A stretch of DNA of 63,990 nucleotides, counting the filler, from a bacterium (GTDB lineage Bacteria > JALSQH01), in NCBI GenBank assembly GCA_027004335.1. It is 9 parts of 9 records of this genome, joined end to end, with 100 filler letters (N's around TTAATTAATTAA, not from the genome) between each part and the next. Parts side by side here need not be neighbours in the genome. Positions count along the whole stretch, not along the records: positions 46,021 to 60,356 come from JALTID010000036.1; positions 60,457 to 63,990 come from JALTID010000111.1; 7 more parts are not named here. One strand, 5' to 3'. The notes under the pieces are model-generated. The model was not told where the DNA came from, made no database searches, and worked only from the letters and a program-made list of their open reading frames with translations. Positions 50,236-60,457 of the stretch are shown here, piece by piece (positions within the stretch are counted from its first letter, which is position 1; each line of letters begins with the position of its first letter). The position numbers and the translations under genes are program-made.

Positions 50236-51532
50236 ACTTTTTCTAAATTCCTTAAGATCAGGAGAAAATGGAGAATTATATATTTTAACAACGGAAGAAA
50301 AATTTGCAGTTGCAGCAAAAGGGACAATTGAAAAAACCCAATTAGCATCAATGACTGAAGCTGCTTTTAGGATATTGAAGGATAACAAAATCGCATTCGG
50401 CTATACAGGCCAGCTTGAGGAGAGGGAAATAAAGGATCTTATTGCCAGCATGAGGGAAATATTACCGTACCAGAAAGAGAAGCCAACATTTACCTTTCCA
50501 GAACCTGCTGATATTAAAGAAATCAGGGGAATAGTGGACCATGATTTTGAAGAAATTGATGCCAAAACTCTTTCTGAACTTGCTGTAAAAATGGAAAAAT
50601 CTGCAAGAGAGTTTGACAGGAGAATCACCACCACAAGGGATGCTAAAATATCAGCTAAAAAAGAAGAAGTAACCATTGTTAATTCCATGGGAGTCAACTA
50701 CACTACAATGAAAACATTATTTGAAAATGAAATAATTGTCGTGGCAGAAGAAGGTGTAGAGAGAGGAGATTCATGGGATTTTTCATGGGCACATAAGCTG
50801 GAAGGATTGAAAGAAATTGGAATAAATGCCGCAGAGAGAGCTGTAAGAAATCTAAAAGCAAAAATTCCACACACAGGTCTCTACCCAGTAATCATAGAAA
50901 ATAAAAGTGCTTCAATGCTTCTCTCCACTCTTTTCTATGGCTTTGTTTTTGAAAATATTTTTAAAAGGAAATCTCCCCTGATAGGGAAATTAAATGAGAA
51001 TATCTTCTCCGAAAAGATAACTATGGCTAATGATGGCTCTTCTCCATTTTCCCCTGAAGCACTCCCCTTTGACGGTGAAGGAGTAGCTACTGGAAAGAAA
51101 ATAATAGTTGAAGATGGCGCCCTTAAAGATTTTATCTACGACATAGAATTTGCAAATCGGGAGGGCAAAAACCCATCGGGAAGTGTGGTAAGATCAAACA
51201 TTAAAAATCCTCCTTCTGTGGGAGAAATGGGATTTTATATCTCCCCATGTGCAAAATTAGAAGAAGTTATTTCCTCCATTAAGAGAGGTTTATTTATAAC
51301 AGATCTAATGGGGCTTCATACTGTTGATCCAGTAACATGGCAATTTTCTCTTGGAGCAAAAGGTTTTTTGATAGAAAATGGGAAAATCTCTACCCCTCTA
51401 CATCAATTTACTATTTCAGGAGATTTTCTCACTCTTTTCCAGAAGGGTACCCCTCTAAATGACCTCATTTTTATCGGAGGAAGTGGTTCACCTTCAATAT
51501 TTTTTGAGGAGATTAATATTGCGGGGGAATAA
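50204..51532 (+). CDS. TldD/PmbA family protein (PmbA/TldE-like)
   Basis: PFDGEGV, GLHTVDPV..FSLG..GF.IENG, GSPS; lacks the TldD HE..GH motif. Confidence 0.88.
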   Translation: MRIMEKEKIIELFLNSLRSGENGELYILTTEEKFAVAAKGTIEKTQLASMTEAAFRILKDNKIAFGYTGQLEEREIKDLIASMREILPYQKEKPTFTFPEPADIKEIRGIVDHDFEEIDAKTLSELAVKMEKSAREFDRRITTTRDAKISAKKEEVTIVNSMGVNYTTMKTLFENEIIVVAEEGVERGDSWDFSWAHKLEGLKEIGINAAERAVRNLKAKIPHTGLYPVIIENKSASMLLSTLFYGFVFENIFKRKSPLIGKLNENIFSEKITMANDGSSPFSPEALPFDGEGVATGKKIIVEDGALKDFIYDIEFANREGKNPSGSVVRSNIKNPPSVGEMGFYISPCAKLEEVISSIKRGLFITDLMGLHTVDPVTWQFSLGAKGFLIENGKISTPLHQFTISGDFLTLFQKGTPLNDLIFIGGSGSPSIFFEEINIAGE

Positions 51533-52339
51533 GTTAGTAGTAAAAGCTGCAGGTGTAACCCACTCTGGATATGTGAGAGAAAAAAACGAAGATTACATCT
51601 ATATTGATAAGAAAAACAGAATCTTCATTGTGGCTGACGGGGTGGGCGGCAGAGCAAGGGGTGAGCTTGCCAGTGAAAAAGCAAGTGAATATCTTGCAGA
51701 GCAGTTAATTACTCTGGTGGAAGACCTGAACCTTAAAAGGATCACTCCAAAAGAAACCCCTGAAAGACTTTCTGATCTCATGAAAAGAACTTCCACCTAT
51801 ATTTCTGATCTATCCAAACTGGAATCACCCGGAGGGATGGGAACCACTCTGACAGGAGTATTAATCTGGGATAATCGGGGCTGGGTCTTCCATGTTGGTG
51901 ACACGAGGTGTTATATTTACCACAGATACTGGAAGCTTGCGACAAAAGATGATTCTCTTGTACAGAACCTCATTGACACCGGCACGCTAAACAAAAGACA
52001 AAGCAGTTTTTTTCCTCTGAAAAATGTTATAACACAGGCAATAGGATTAAAAGGTAATTTAAAACCACATATATTCAGCTTCATACCTGACAAACACTCC
52101 TTCTTTCTCCTTAGCAGCGATGGTTTTCACGGGTCAGTCAAAGAGGAAATCTGGCAAAAAATTTCCCCTCCATTCTTCTCCACGAGGTCAATATGGAGTT
52201 ACCTTGAAAAGCTTCTGGGATTAGCACTGGATGCAGGAGCAAAAGACAATATTGCGCTTAAAAGATTGTCTTTTCCTCCTGCATCCANNNNNNNNNNGGA
52301 AAAGACAATATTTCTCTTATCGGGATCTTACTCAGATGA
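51519..52339 (+). CDS. PP2C/PPM-family Ser/Thr protein phosphatase (3' end disturbed by a scaffold gap)
   Basis: GAGGAG plus TTG start; REKNED, VADGVGG, GMGTT, HVGDTR, SSDG; sequence after the gap reads GKDNISLIGILLR-stop. Confidence 0.88.
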
Positions 52340-54093
52340 AACAATTAAATGCCTTACATATAACACATGAGGCTATAAAAAAAGTTGGCGGCATCGGTGC
52401 AGTTATTCATGGTCTTCTAACCACCCCTTCTTACCAAAACAATATTAAAAGGACTATTCTTGTAGGCCCACTTTTCTCAATTGAAGTCCCACCTCTAGGA
52501 GAAAATAGCACGATCCTCTACAGTAGAAGATTTTCAATTTATAACACATTATACTCTGAAAAATTTAAGGAAATTGAAAATACCTACAATGTGGAGATCC
52601 TTTACGGGAAGAGAATCATAACTGATGAATTCAATCAGAAAAACAAAAGTGAAGCAGAAGTAATCGCCGTTGATATTAAACAGATGCGGAAGGATAAAAT
52701 TGACCTGTTTAAATATCTCCTCTATGAAAATTTTAAAATAGATTCCATGAAATATGAAAATGATTTTGATTATGAGCAGTACATAAGAATTGGGGTAATC
52801 TATCCTGAAATAGTCAGAGTACTAATAAATTCTGAGCCTTCCATTCACTGGGGTCACGAATATATGGGGGTTCCCGCTCTTCTATCAGTGGAAATTGCAA
52901 GAAGGAAGGGAAAGAGAAAAAAAGATATGATTATCTTCCATGCTCATGAGGTAAGTACAACAAGGATGATTGTAGAAAATCTTCATGGGCATGATGTCTC
53001 TTTCTACAATCTTCTCAGAATGGATTTCCCCGGTGGAATCTCCCTTGAGGAGGAATTTGGAGATCATTCATGGCACTACAGAACGGTCCTGATAAAACAA
53101 CACAGGGCATTTGATTATATTATCGCTGTGGGTGATCTCGTGAAAGAAGAATATAGATATCTTTCCCCTGATGTAGAGGAAAAAAAGATCATTGTTCCCT
53201 ATAACGGCGTACCTTTGAGAAAAATTGACATTATGCAAAAAAATAAGAGTGAGAAAAAAATCAGGAACTTCTGTAAAAACCTTGTGGGCTTCGAGCCAGA
53301 CATAATCTTCACCCATGTTGCAAGATTAGTGGTAAGCAAGGGGATATGGAGGGATCTAAAAATATTGTTTTTTCTTGATCAGTTATTTCATCAAAGTAGA
53401 CTCAAAGGTTGCTACATACTCTTATCAAGTCTTGTGGTAACTGGAAGACCCCCCGATGCAGTCAGAGAAATGGAGAAATATGGCTGGCCATTACAACACA
53501 GACGGGGGTGGCCTGATCTTGTCAACCTTGAAATACCTATTGCTGATGCCTTTGATAATTTTAACCTGAGATCCCTTGCAATAAAGTCAGTTTTCATAAA
53601 TCAATTCGGATTCTCAAGAGAAAATGTAGGAGAAACTGTTCCGATTGATACTAATTTCCTTGACCTGAGGATATCCTCAGCCGTTGAGTTTGGGCAATCT
53701 GTTTATGAACCTTTTGGAATTGCACCTCTGGAGGTGCTCCCCTTTGGTGGCATTGCAGTTATAAGCAGTGCAGCAGGAGCAGCTTTCCTTTTAAAAGAAG
53801 AATGCCCCAAAAATTTATGTCATATGGTAGTAGATTACATCACTCTTCCTGAGGATCTGGAAAAATTATACAGTTCAAGAGAAAAAATTAAAAACATAAC
53901 AATATCCCAGCGTGATATTATAGAAGAACGAGTGGCAAAAGCAAGTGCAGGTGCCCTATTTAAGATCCTTCTATCTTATACAAGCGAGAAAGAAAAGAGG
54001 CTAAAAATACAAGAGAACCTTACAGAAAGATTGAGCTGGGAAAGGACTTCATCTAAAATTTTTAATTCTATTTCTCACCACCAGACAATGTAA
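52336..54093 (+). CDS. GT3-like (eukaryote-type) glycogen synthase-related glycosyltransferase
   Basis: THEAIKKVGGIGAV, HEYMG, FHAHE, YNG, SKG, SVYEPFGIAPLE; ATG at 52336 overlaps the PP2C stop (ATGA). Confidence 0.75.
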   Translation: MKQLNALHITHEAIKKVGGIGAVIHGLLTTPSYQNNIKRTILVGPLFSIEVPPLGENSTILYSRRFSIYNTLYSEKFKEIENTYNVEILYGKRIITDEFNQKNKSEAEVIAVDIKQMRKDKIDLFKYLLYENFKIDSMKYENDFDYEQYIRIGVIYPEIVRVLINSEPSIHWGHEYMGVPALLSVEIARRKGKRKKDMIIFHAHEVSTTRMIVENLHGHDVSFYNLLRMDFPGGISLEEEFGDHSWHYRTVLIKQHRAFDYIIAVGDLVKEEYRYLSPDVEEKKIIVPYNGVPLRKIDIMQKNKSEKKIRNFCKNLVGFEPDIIFTHVARLVVSKGIWRDLKILFFLDQLFHQSRLKGCYILLSSLVVTGRPPDAVREMEKYGWPLQHRRGWPDLVNLEIPIADAFDNFNLRSLAIKSVFINQFGFSRENVGETVPIDTNFLDLRISSAVEFGQSVYEPFGIAPLEVLPFGGIAVISSAAGAAFLLKEECPKNLCHMVVDYITLPEDLEKLYSSREKIKNITISQRDIIEERVAKASAGALFKILLSYTSEKEKRLKIQENLTERLSWERTSSKIFNSISHHQTM

Positions 54094-56621
54094 TGTCTGA
54101 AACTCTCCCTGAAAAGATTCCATGCAGGTACTACTCTTACAGAACCACTCTGTAAACCAGGTCGAGGAATGACATATTCTCCCTTAAATTTAGCCACATT
54201 GTCACTGTATTTCTCCACAAAATCAAGGAGCAGAGTATCATTTTCTTTACAATCTTCCTCAAGACAGTGAAAAAATTCCACACTTATCAGAGATGGATCC
54301 ATCTCATCAACGAATACATACGACTCTATGGTAACCTTCTCTCCCGCCTGAGGAATATCTCCCGCTGCTTTTATAAAGAAATCCTTCACCTGCAATTTGT
54401 TCCAGTGTTTGTCCATCTCACCTTTTGTTGCAAGTAATTTTTTTAATAACTCACCATCATTCCTTTTTAAAGAGTTAACCTTTTCTATTCCTCTTATATA
54501 AAACCTCTTAAAATACTCCTTCAACACCCTGTGCATATTAAACTTCTTTCCTACACAGTAGATGGATTTTTTCATTTTCTCCACCCATTCATCAGGCATA
54601 TCATTCTCATCCCTGAGATAGAAGAGCTCTGTGATCTCATTCTCAATAAGATCATAAATCTGAGCAGATTCAACAACTTTTTTCATCTCATAATCATCAT
54701 ACTCTTCTCCCGCAGTAATTGCCCAGCCATTTTCTCCATCGTAACACTCAGGCCACCATCCATCAAGCACACTGAGATTGATTACCCCATTAATTCCAGC
54801 CTTCATTCCCGAAGTCCCACTGGCCTCAAGAGGCTTAAGAGGATTATTCAGCCAGATATCAACCCCCTGAACAAGATGTTTGGCCACATCCATCTCATAA
54901 TCTTCAATAAAGACAACCCTATCCTCAAGATCATACTCTCTTGCAAAATCTATTATTCTCTTAATAAGTTCTTTTCCTACTTGATCAGCTGGATGAGCCT
55001 TTCCTGAGAAAATTATTTGAACTGGTTTCTCAGGATTTCTTAATATCTCTGCGAGCCTGTCTGGATCGGTGAGAATCAGATCAGCCCTCTTATAAGGAGT
55101 AAATCTCCTCGCAAAACCAATGGTAAGATAAGAAGGATTAAGAACTTTTTGTGCTTTCCTTATCTTTGCCGCCGAAGCTCCTTTATCTCTAAGTTGCCGG
55201 ACTACCCTGTTTCTAACAAAAGATACAAGCTGCTCTTTCCTTCTCCTGTGGGCAGACCATAATTCCTCATCGGGAATTGTAAATACTCTTTCCCAGACCT
55301 TAGGATCCTCAGCTCTATGAATATAATCTGGTCCAAGATATCGATCAAAAAGATAAGTCATTTCCATACTCAACCATGTATTGAGGTGAACACCATTGGT
55401 AACATAATCAACCGGGATCTCTACGGGATGATACTCAAAGAAGAGAGGTTGCCACATTTTTCTTGAAACATCTCTGTGGATTTTAGAAACAGCATTAATA
55501 TGTGCAGAAGAATTTATAGCAAAGGCAGGGAGCCAGAAGACTTTTTTATTATCACCAATTCTACCTAACAGTAAGAATTCATCAAAATCCATTCCTATAG
55601 CTTCCACCTCTCTCTTAAGGTACTTCTCAATCATATCAATAGAGTAATTTTCATTTCCCTCAATAACAGGGGTATGAGTGGTAAAAACTGTGGAATGCAT
55701 TATTACAAGTTTTGCCTCTTCAAGAGAATAACCTTCTTTTAAAAGTTTTTTCAATCTCTGGAGGATTAAAAAAGCTGAATGACCCTCATTTATATGACAG
55801 ACTGAAGGAGTTACTCCAAGCTTCCCTAAGACAACAACTCCTCCCATTCCGAGCAGAAGCTCCTGTTGAATCCTTATATCTTTATCAGGATCATAAAGCA
55901 TATTTGTAATCCTTTGAAATTCAGCAGGGTTTTCAGGCACATTGGCATCAAGCAGGTAGAGGGGTACATTACCCACCATGATCTTCCACGCCCTTGCAAT
56001 AAGAACCTTACCCAGAAGGTCAATCTCTATTCTAAGCTCCTCTCCTCTATCATTCTTTAAAACCTCAATAGGTTTCGAAAACCAGTCATTCTCGAGATAC
56101 TTCTCCTCCTGGTACCCATGAATATTTATGCTTTGGGTAAAATAACCATATCTGTATAGTAAACCCACTCCCACAAGGGGCAAGTCAATATCAGAGGCTG
56201 ATTTTAAAAAATCTCCGGCTAAGATACCAAGACCTCCTGAATAAACAGGTAGAGATTCATGGAGACCAAACTCCATGGAAAAATAGGCAATAACATTATC
56301 TCTATTAAAAGGAATCTCCTTATTATTCTCATCAACATAACTTCCCTCAAATTTCATATATTCCTGAAATCTGTTCCACACTTTCTCCAGTTCATTGAGA
56401 AAACCTTTATCTTCTGCAAGAGAATCAAGAACATCAGAGGGAAGCTTCTCCAGAAACAATTTCAGATTGTGCCTTGTCTGCATGTATAGATAGCTATCTA
56501 TTCTTGAGAAGAGTCTTTCGGCCTCTTTATCCCAGTAACTCCACATATTTCCTGCTAAAATATATAACTTATCAAGGCTGGAATGAATTTTAGGATTAAC
56601 ATAAAATTTTTTAAATCTCAT
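54075..56621 (-). CDS. glgP: Alpha-glucan (glycogen) phosphorylase
   Basis: AYFSMEFG, YSGGLGILAGD, HINEGH, FARRF..YKR, PLP site EASGTSGMK. Confidence 0.96.
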   Translation of the reverse strand: MRFKKFYVNPKIHSSLDKLYILAGNMWSYWDKEAERLFSRIDSYLYMQTRHNLKLFLEKLPSDVLDSLAEDKGFLNELEKVWNRFQEYMKFEGSYVDENNKEIPFNRDNVIAYFSMEFGLHESLPVYSGGLGILAGDFLKSASDIDLPLVGVGLLYRYGYFTQSINIHGYQEEKYLENDWFSKPIEVLKNDRGEELRIEIDLLGKVLIARAWKIMVGNVPLYLLDANVPENPAEFQRITNMLYDPDKDIRIQQELLLGMGGVVVLGKLGVTPSVCHINEGHSAFLILQRLKKLLKEGYSLEEAKLVIMHSTVFTTHTPVIEGNENYSIDMIEKYLKREVEAIGMDFDEFLLLGRIGDNKKVFWLPAFAINSSAHINAVSKIHRDVSRKMWQPLFFEYHPVEIPVDYVTNGVHLNTWLSMEMTYLFDRYLGPDYIHRAEDPKVWERVFTIPDEELWSAHRRRKEQLVSFVRNRVVRQLRDKGASAAKIRKAQKVLNPSYLTIGFARRFTPYKRADLILTDPDRLAEILRNPEKPVQIIFSGKAHPADQVGKELIKRIIDFAREYDLEDRVVFIEDYEMDVAKHLVQGVDIWLNNPLKPLEASGTSGMKAGINGVINLSVLDGWWPECYDGENGWAITAGEEYDDYEMKKVVESAQIYDLIENEITELFYLRDENDMPDEWVEKMKKSIYCVGKKFNMHRVLKEYFKRFYIRGIEKVNSLKRNDGELLKKLLATKGEMDKHWNKLQVKDFFIKAAGDIPQAGEKVTIESYVFVDEMDPSLISVEFFHCLEEDCKENDTLLLDFVEKYSDNVAKFKGEYVIPRPGLQSGSVRVVPAWNLFRESFRHYIVWW

Positions 56622-57825
56622 GGATCTCTCTCCTTCTCAATTTTTCCCTGACATCAGACAGGGCATTTAGAAAATATATATAAGCTTCCTCTGGTGTCCC
56701 ATAGGGGGAGAAATATTTATGAACATCACCATCCTGAAAATATTTCGTAGACATATAATAAACATGATCAGAAGTAGTCAATTTCCTTATACTTTCCATC
56801 AGATCATCAGCTCCCATAGCATGTACCTTTTCCAAGATTTCATATAGAGTCACAGTGGCATTCTGCTGCATCTCATTGGCAAGCCATGCAGAGAGATCCC
56901 TCTCCATATCAGCCCAGGAAACAGGCTGAGGAAAAGATATTCTCTCAGGCTCATATTTGACAATCTCTATCACATCTGATGGCCACGCAAATGAGATGAA
57001 ATCCCTTACCAGAAGCTCCTCGGGCAGCTTTTCAAGAAATCTAAAAATTCCACTCTCTTCCCACTGATGTTCCCCAAAGGTTTCGTAATCCATGAATAAA
57101 TTGAGAAAAAGATCCCTCCCCTCCTTCTCAATCAGAGGAAGCTTATCTATCCAGTTCACAAACTTATCCACCGTTAAAGGATATTCTATCCAGCCACGAT
57201 CAGAGAATCTGAAAGCAATATCGTCAGATAATCTGTAATACTTTAGCAGCAAAAAAAGCCTTCCATTGTATGTCTTGTAGGGATAAAGGGGTGATCTATG
57301 TCCCAGCACCTTTTCGGCACCTTCTGCAAGAACAACTCTAAAACCCTCCTCTTCAGCTATATCTGCAATCTCATCCTGATAGATCAGCTCAGTATTCCTG
57401 AAAACAACAGGAGAAAAACCGAACAGTTCTTCCACCATCTTCCTATGTTTCCTCACCTGAAAGATAAACTCCTCCTTCCCAAAAAGAAAAGCAAGAGAAT
57501 GATAGTAAGTTTCTCCCATAAATTCAACACACCCTGTTTTAGCAAGCTCCATAAAAGATTTTAGCGTTTCAGGGGAATAAAGTCCAAGCTGCTCAACAAG
57601 AGTGCCGGTAACTGAAAAGGAAATTCTAAATCTTCCCTCATACTTCTCTATCAATTTAAGCAGAAGATTATTGGTAGGCAAGTAAGATTTTTGTGATACT
57701 CTCTCAATAATTTCTCTATTTAAGACATTGTTAAAATAATCCCCTTTTCCCCCTACATCAAATACATTAAAATTTCTTAGTCGGTATGGTTGATGTACCT
57801 GAAAATAAAAAATCACATGAAGCAT
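56611..57825 (-). CDS. Glycoside hydrolase family 57 (alpha-amylase-like)
   Basis: FQVHQP, ETYYHSL, RNTELIY, FMDYETFGEHQW. Confidence 0.93.
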   Translation of the reverse strand: MLHVIFYFQVHQPYRLRNFNVFDVGGKGDYFNNVLNREIIERVSQKSYLPTNNLLLKLIEKYEGRFRISFSVTGTLVEQLGLYSPETLKSFMELAKTGCVEFMGETYYHSLAFLFGKEEFIFQVRKHRKMVEELFGFSPVVFRNTELIYQDEIADIAEEEGFRVVLAEGAEKVLGHRSPLYPYKTYNGRLFLLLKYYRLSDDIAFRFSDRGWIEYPLTVDKFVNWIDKLPLIEKEGRDLFLNLFMDYETFGEHQWEESGIFRFLEKLPEELLVRDFISFAWPSDVIEIVKYEPERISFPQPVSWADMERDLSAWLANEMQQNATVTLYEILEKVHAMGADDLMESIRKLTTSDHVYYMSTKYFQDGDVHKYFSPYGTPEEAYIYFLNALSDVREKLRRREIHEI

Positions 57826-59114
57826 TATACAAGCTCCTGATAAATATTAATCAGCTTACCAGCTGCTCTGCTCCACTGGATGCCCATTGCTTCTTCTTTC
57901 ATTTTATATGCAAGATCTTCTAACTTTTTTCTATCAGATAAAAGAAATCTGACAATCTCTACCATCCTATCAATATCCCAGAACTCCACTTTATATGCAT
58001 TATTAACTATCTCCGCAACTCCAGATTTTTTTGAAATAATGGGAACAACTCCATAAGCCATCGCCTCAAGAGGAACAATTCCAAAAGGTTCAGAGACCGA
58101 TGGCATAATAAGTATATCAGCGGCCTCAAGAAGTTTTTCAACTTTTTTCCTCTCAAGAAACCCCGTGAAAAGAACACCTGTCCTTAATTTCATTCCTGCT
58201 GAGAGATGAACAATTTTCCGGAACATGTCTCCTGTACCTGCAACAACAAAGTGTACTTCAGGAAAATCCTTGAGAATTCTCTCTGAAACTTTTAAAAAAT
58301 AATCGGGACCTTTCTGCAAAGTAATCCTACCCAAAAAAAGTATCACAGGATCAACAAAAATTCTTCTCTTCCCTCCGGGGAACTCTATGGAATGGGCATT
58401 ATGCACCACCCTTATTTTACTAAAAGGAACAAGGTACCTATCTGCAATCATTCTTGCTGTAAATTCAGACACAGCAATCACAAGATCTGCAGAGCTCAAT
58501 CCTGTATATTCAATTTCATGAATTCTCCCGTCACCAGATCCACCTGCTCTATCAAATTCTGTAGCGTGAATATGAGCAATAAGGGGCTTTCTCGTTATTT
58601 CTTTTAAAACAACCCCTGCAGGATAGGTAAGCCAATCATGAACATGAACAAGATCAAAAGAGAGCTTCTCTGCGTACAAGGGCATCCTTCCTGCCATCTC
58701 ATAAACTTTTCTAAAAAGATCCTCTCCCCGTTCCAGCGACCACGATAAAACTTCAAAAAACTTCTTTAGAGATACCTTTTCTTCCAATTCCTTCAACATC
58801 TCCCTCATAACGCCAGCAGGAGAAAGATAGGCCTCAGGAGAGGGTACAAGACCTAAGACTTCAAATTTTTTAATTACTTCTGAGATCCTGTTAACTTCTC
58901 TCTCTTTCTTCTCCACATTTTCTAAAAACTTGACAGGGGGATCATCAGCGTCTTCTACCTTTCGTAAAGGGAAATAAACCAAATCCCTTGTTGGTAAAAT
59001 TAAATCAATCTCTATCCCCTTCTTTAAAAGCTCCTTCACCATTCCATAACAGGCAAGGGCAAGACCACCTGTTATAAGAGGTGGAAATTCCCATGTTACC
59101 ATTAAAACTCTCAC
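57825..59114 (-). CDS. Glycosyltransferase family 4 (putative alpha-glucan synthase)
   Basis: WEFPP..TGGL, HVHDWLT, HATEFDR, GRITLQKG, PSVSEPFGIVPLEA. Confidence 0.92.
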   Translation of the reverse strand: MRVLMVTWEFPPLITGGLALACYGMVKELLKKGIEIDLILPTRDLVYFPLRKVEDADDPPVKFLENVEKKEREVNRISEVIKKFEVLGLVPSPEAYLSPAGVMREMLKELEEKVSLKKFFEVLSWSLERGEDLFRKVYEMAGRMPLYAEKLSFDLVHVHDWLTYPAGVVLKEITRKPLIAHIHATEFDRAGGSGDGRIHEIEYTGLSSADLVIAVSEFTARMIADRYLVPFSKIRVVHNAHSIEFPGGKRRIFVDPVILFLGRITLQKGPDYFLKVSERILKDFPEVHFVVAGTGDMFRKIVHLSAGMKLRTGVLFTGFLERKKVEKLLEAADILIMPSVSEPFGIVPLEAMAYGVVPIISKKSGVAEIVNNAYKVEFWDIDRMVEIVRFLLSDRKKLEDLAYKMKEEAMGIQWSRAAGKLINIYQELV

Positions 59115-59123
59115 TGCTTCTCC

Positions 59124-60356
59124 TCAAATTCTTTTTATTAATTCTTCAAGGGCAATCAAGGAGAAAACGCTCCATGCCTGAGAGGGTGCACCTTTTGGGA
59201 CCAACGGATTTAACCCATCATAAAGTTCAGGTATTGAAGCATATTCTCCACTCATAATCTTTTCTCTGAACACTCCCGCAATCTTCTCAATGGATTCTCT
59301 GACTCTTTTCCTATCTTTTTCCACTTTTAAAAGCAATTTCCCATAAAACATAAGCAAAAACGGCCATACACTCCCCTGATGGTAGGCAAGATCCCTCTGC
59401 TTCTGATTCCCTATGTACTTATTTTTAAAAGCTGAATGCTCTGGTGAGAGAGTTCTTAATCCAAAAGGGGTAAGAAGTTTCTCTGTGGCAATTTTTAAAA
59501 TTAATCTGTTTATTTCCCCTGTAAAAACATCAAAAGGAAGGGAGGCAGCAATTACCATATTGGGCCTTGTTTCTCTCACTGGATTATCATCCTGATCAAG
59601 CCTGTCAGCAACAAGCCCGGGCAAAACAAATTTTTTCATTGAATCAAGAATCTTATCTGAAAGCTCTTCAATATCCTGGAGGGCAGCTGTAAAATGACCA
59701 TCCCTGAATATCTGATTCATCTTTATACCAATTTTTTCCGACATGCCAATAAAAGCCTTCAGAGCGTTATACCACAAAGCATTTATTTCAACAGGTTTAC
59801 CATGACGGGGCGTTACAGGTTTTCCATACACCTTTGCATCCATCCATGTAAGGGCATGGTAACCCTCTCTAATTCTTATCAGACCATCTTCGTCGGTAAA
59901 AAACTTTAAAGAAGGATTGAGAAAGTAATTTAAAATTATTTTTTTTGAAAATTCCCACAATTCTCTATAATCTTCATCAAGAAATTGATATGCTCTTAAA
60001 ACAAACCAAAGAGATGAGTCCACGGTATCATAATTAATTCCCTCACCGTTTTCACCAATCATATTGGGGACAATCCCTCTTTTTATCCTCTCTCCGTATC
60101 TTTTCAGTACATTTCTGGCAATTATCTTCCCATCAGGTAAATACTTCAACCCTTCAAGAGAAATCATACTATCCCTGCCCCAGCAAAAAAACCAGGGATA
60201 ACCAGCTATAATATCTTCACCCTTATAGATAAAATCCTTGCCGGCAAGGAGAAGGATCCTGCTATAGGCAATTTTATCAAATTGATACGGATGATCTTCC
60301 AAGCTGTGGGAAGTTAAAAACTCCATCTTGTCCTCTGGCTCCGGATAATCAGCATA
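59124..60356 (-). CDS. Amylo-alpha-1,6-glucosidase / glycogen debranching enzyme (5'-truncated)
   Basis: IIAGYPWF..WGRD, TWMDAK..TPR.GKPVEINALW, GLRTL, YHQG.VWP, QAWS. Confidence 0.93.
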   Translation of the reverse strand, partial: YADYPEPEDKMEFLTSHSLEDHPYQFDKIAYSRILLLAGKDFIYKGEDIIAGYPWFFCWGRDSMISLEGLKYLPDGKIIARNVLKRYGERIKRGIVPNMIGENGEGINYDTVDSSLWFVLRAYQFLDEDYRELWEFSKKIILNYFLNPSLKFFTDEDGLIRIREGYHALTWMDAKVYGKPVTPRHGKPVEINALWYNALKAFIGMSEKIGIKMNQIFRDGHFTAALQDIEELSDKILDSMKKFVLPGLVADRLDQDDNPVRETRPNMVIAASLPFDVFTGEINRLILKIATEKLLTPFGLRTLSPEHSAFKNKYIGNQKQRDLAYHQGSVWPFLLMFYGKLLLKVEKDRKRVRESIEKIAGVFREKIMSGEYASIPELYDGLNPLVPKGAPSQAWSVFSLIALEELIKRI

Positions 60357-60456
60357 NNNNNNNNNNNNNNNNNNNNNNNNNNNNNNNNNNNNNNNNNNNN
60401 TTAATTAATTAANNNNNNNNNNNNNNNNNNNNNNNNNNNNNNNNNNNNNNNNNNNN
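60357..60456. other. Synthetic contig linker
   Basis: N44-TTAATTAATTAA-N44. Confidence 0.97.
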
Positions 60457-60457
60457 C

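Noticed and set aside
52228-52297. 23-bp inverted repeat (52228-52250 versus 52265-52287, one mismatch) that looks like a hairpin element or IS end
   Set aside because: It abuts a 10-N gap, and the sequence after the gap repeats the same AAAAGACAATATT. This fits a fold-back assembly artefact inside the PP2C gene. The track ORF ends at 52370 and 52231 are artefacts of it.
5191-60456. Eight identical TTAATTAATTAA motifs flanked by N runs, resembling a dispersed repeat
   Set aside because: They are synthetic 100-bp contig linkers with stops in all frames. Gene adjacency across them has no biological meaning.
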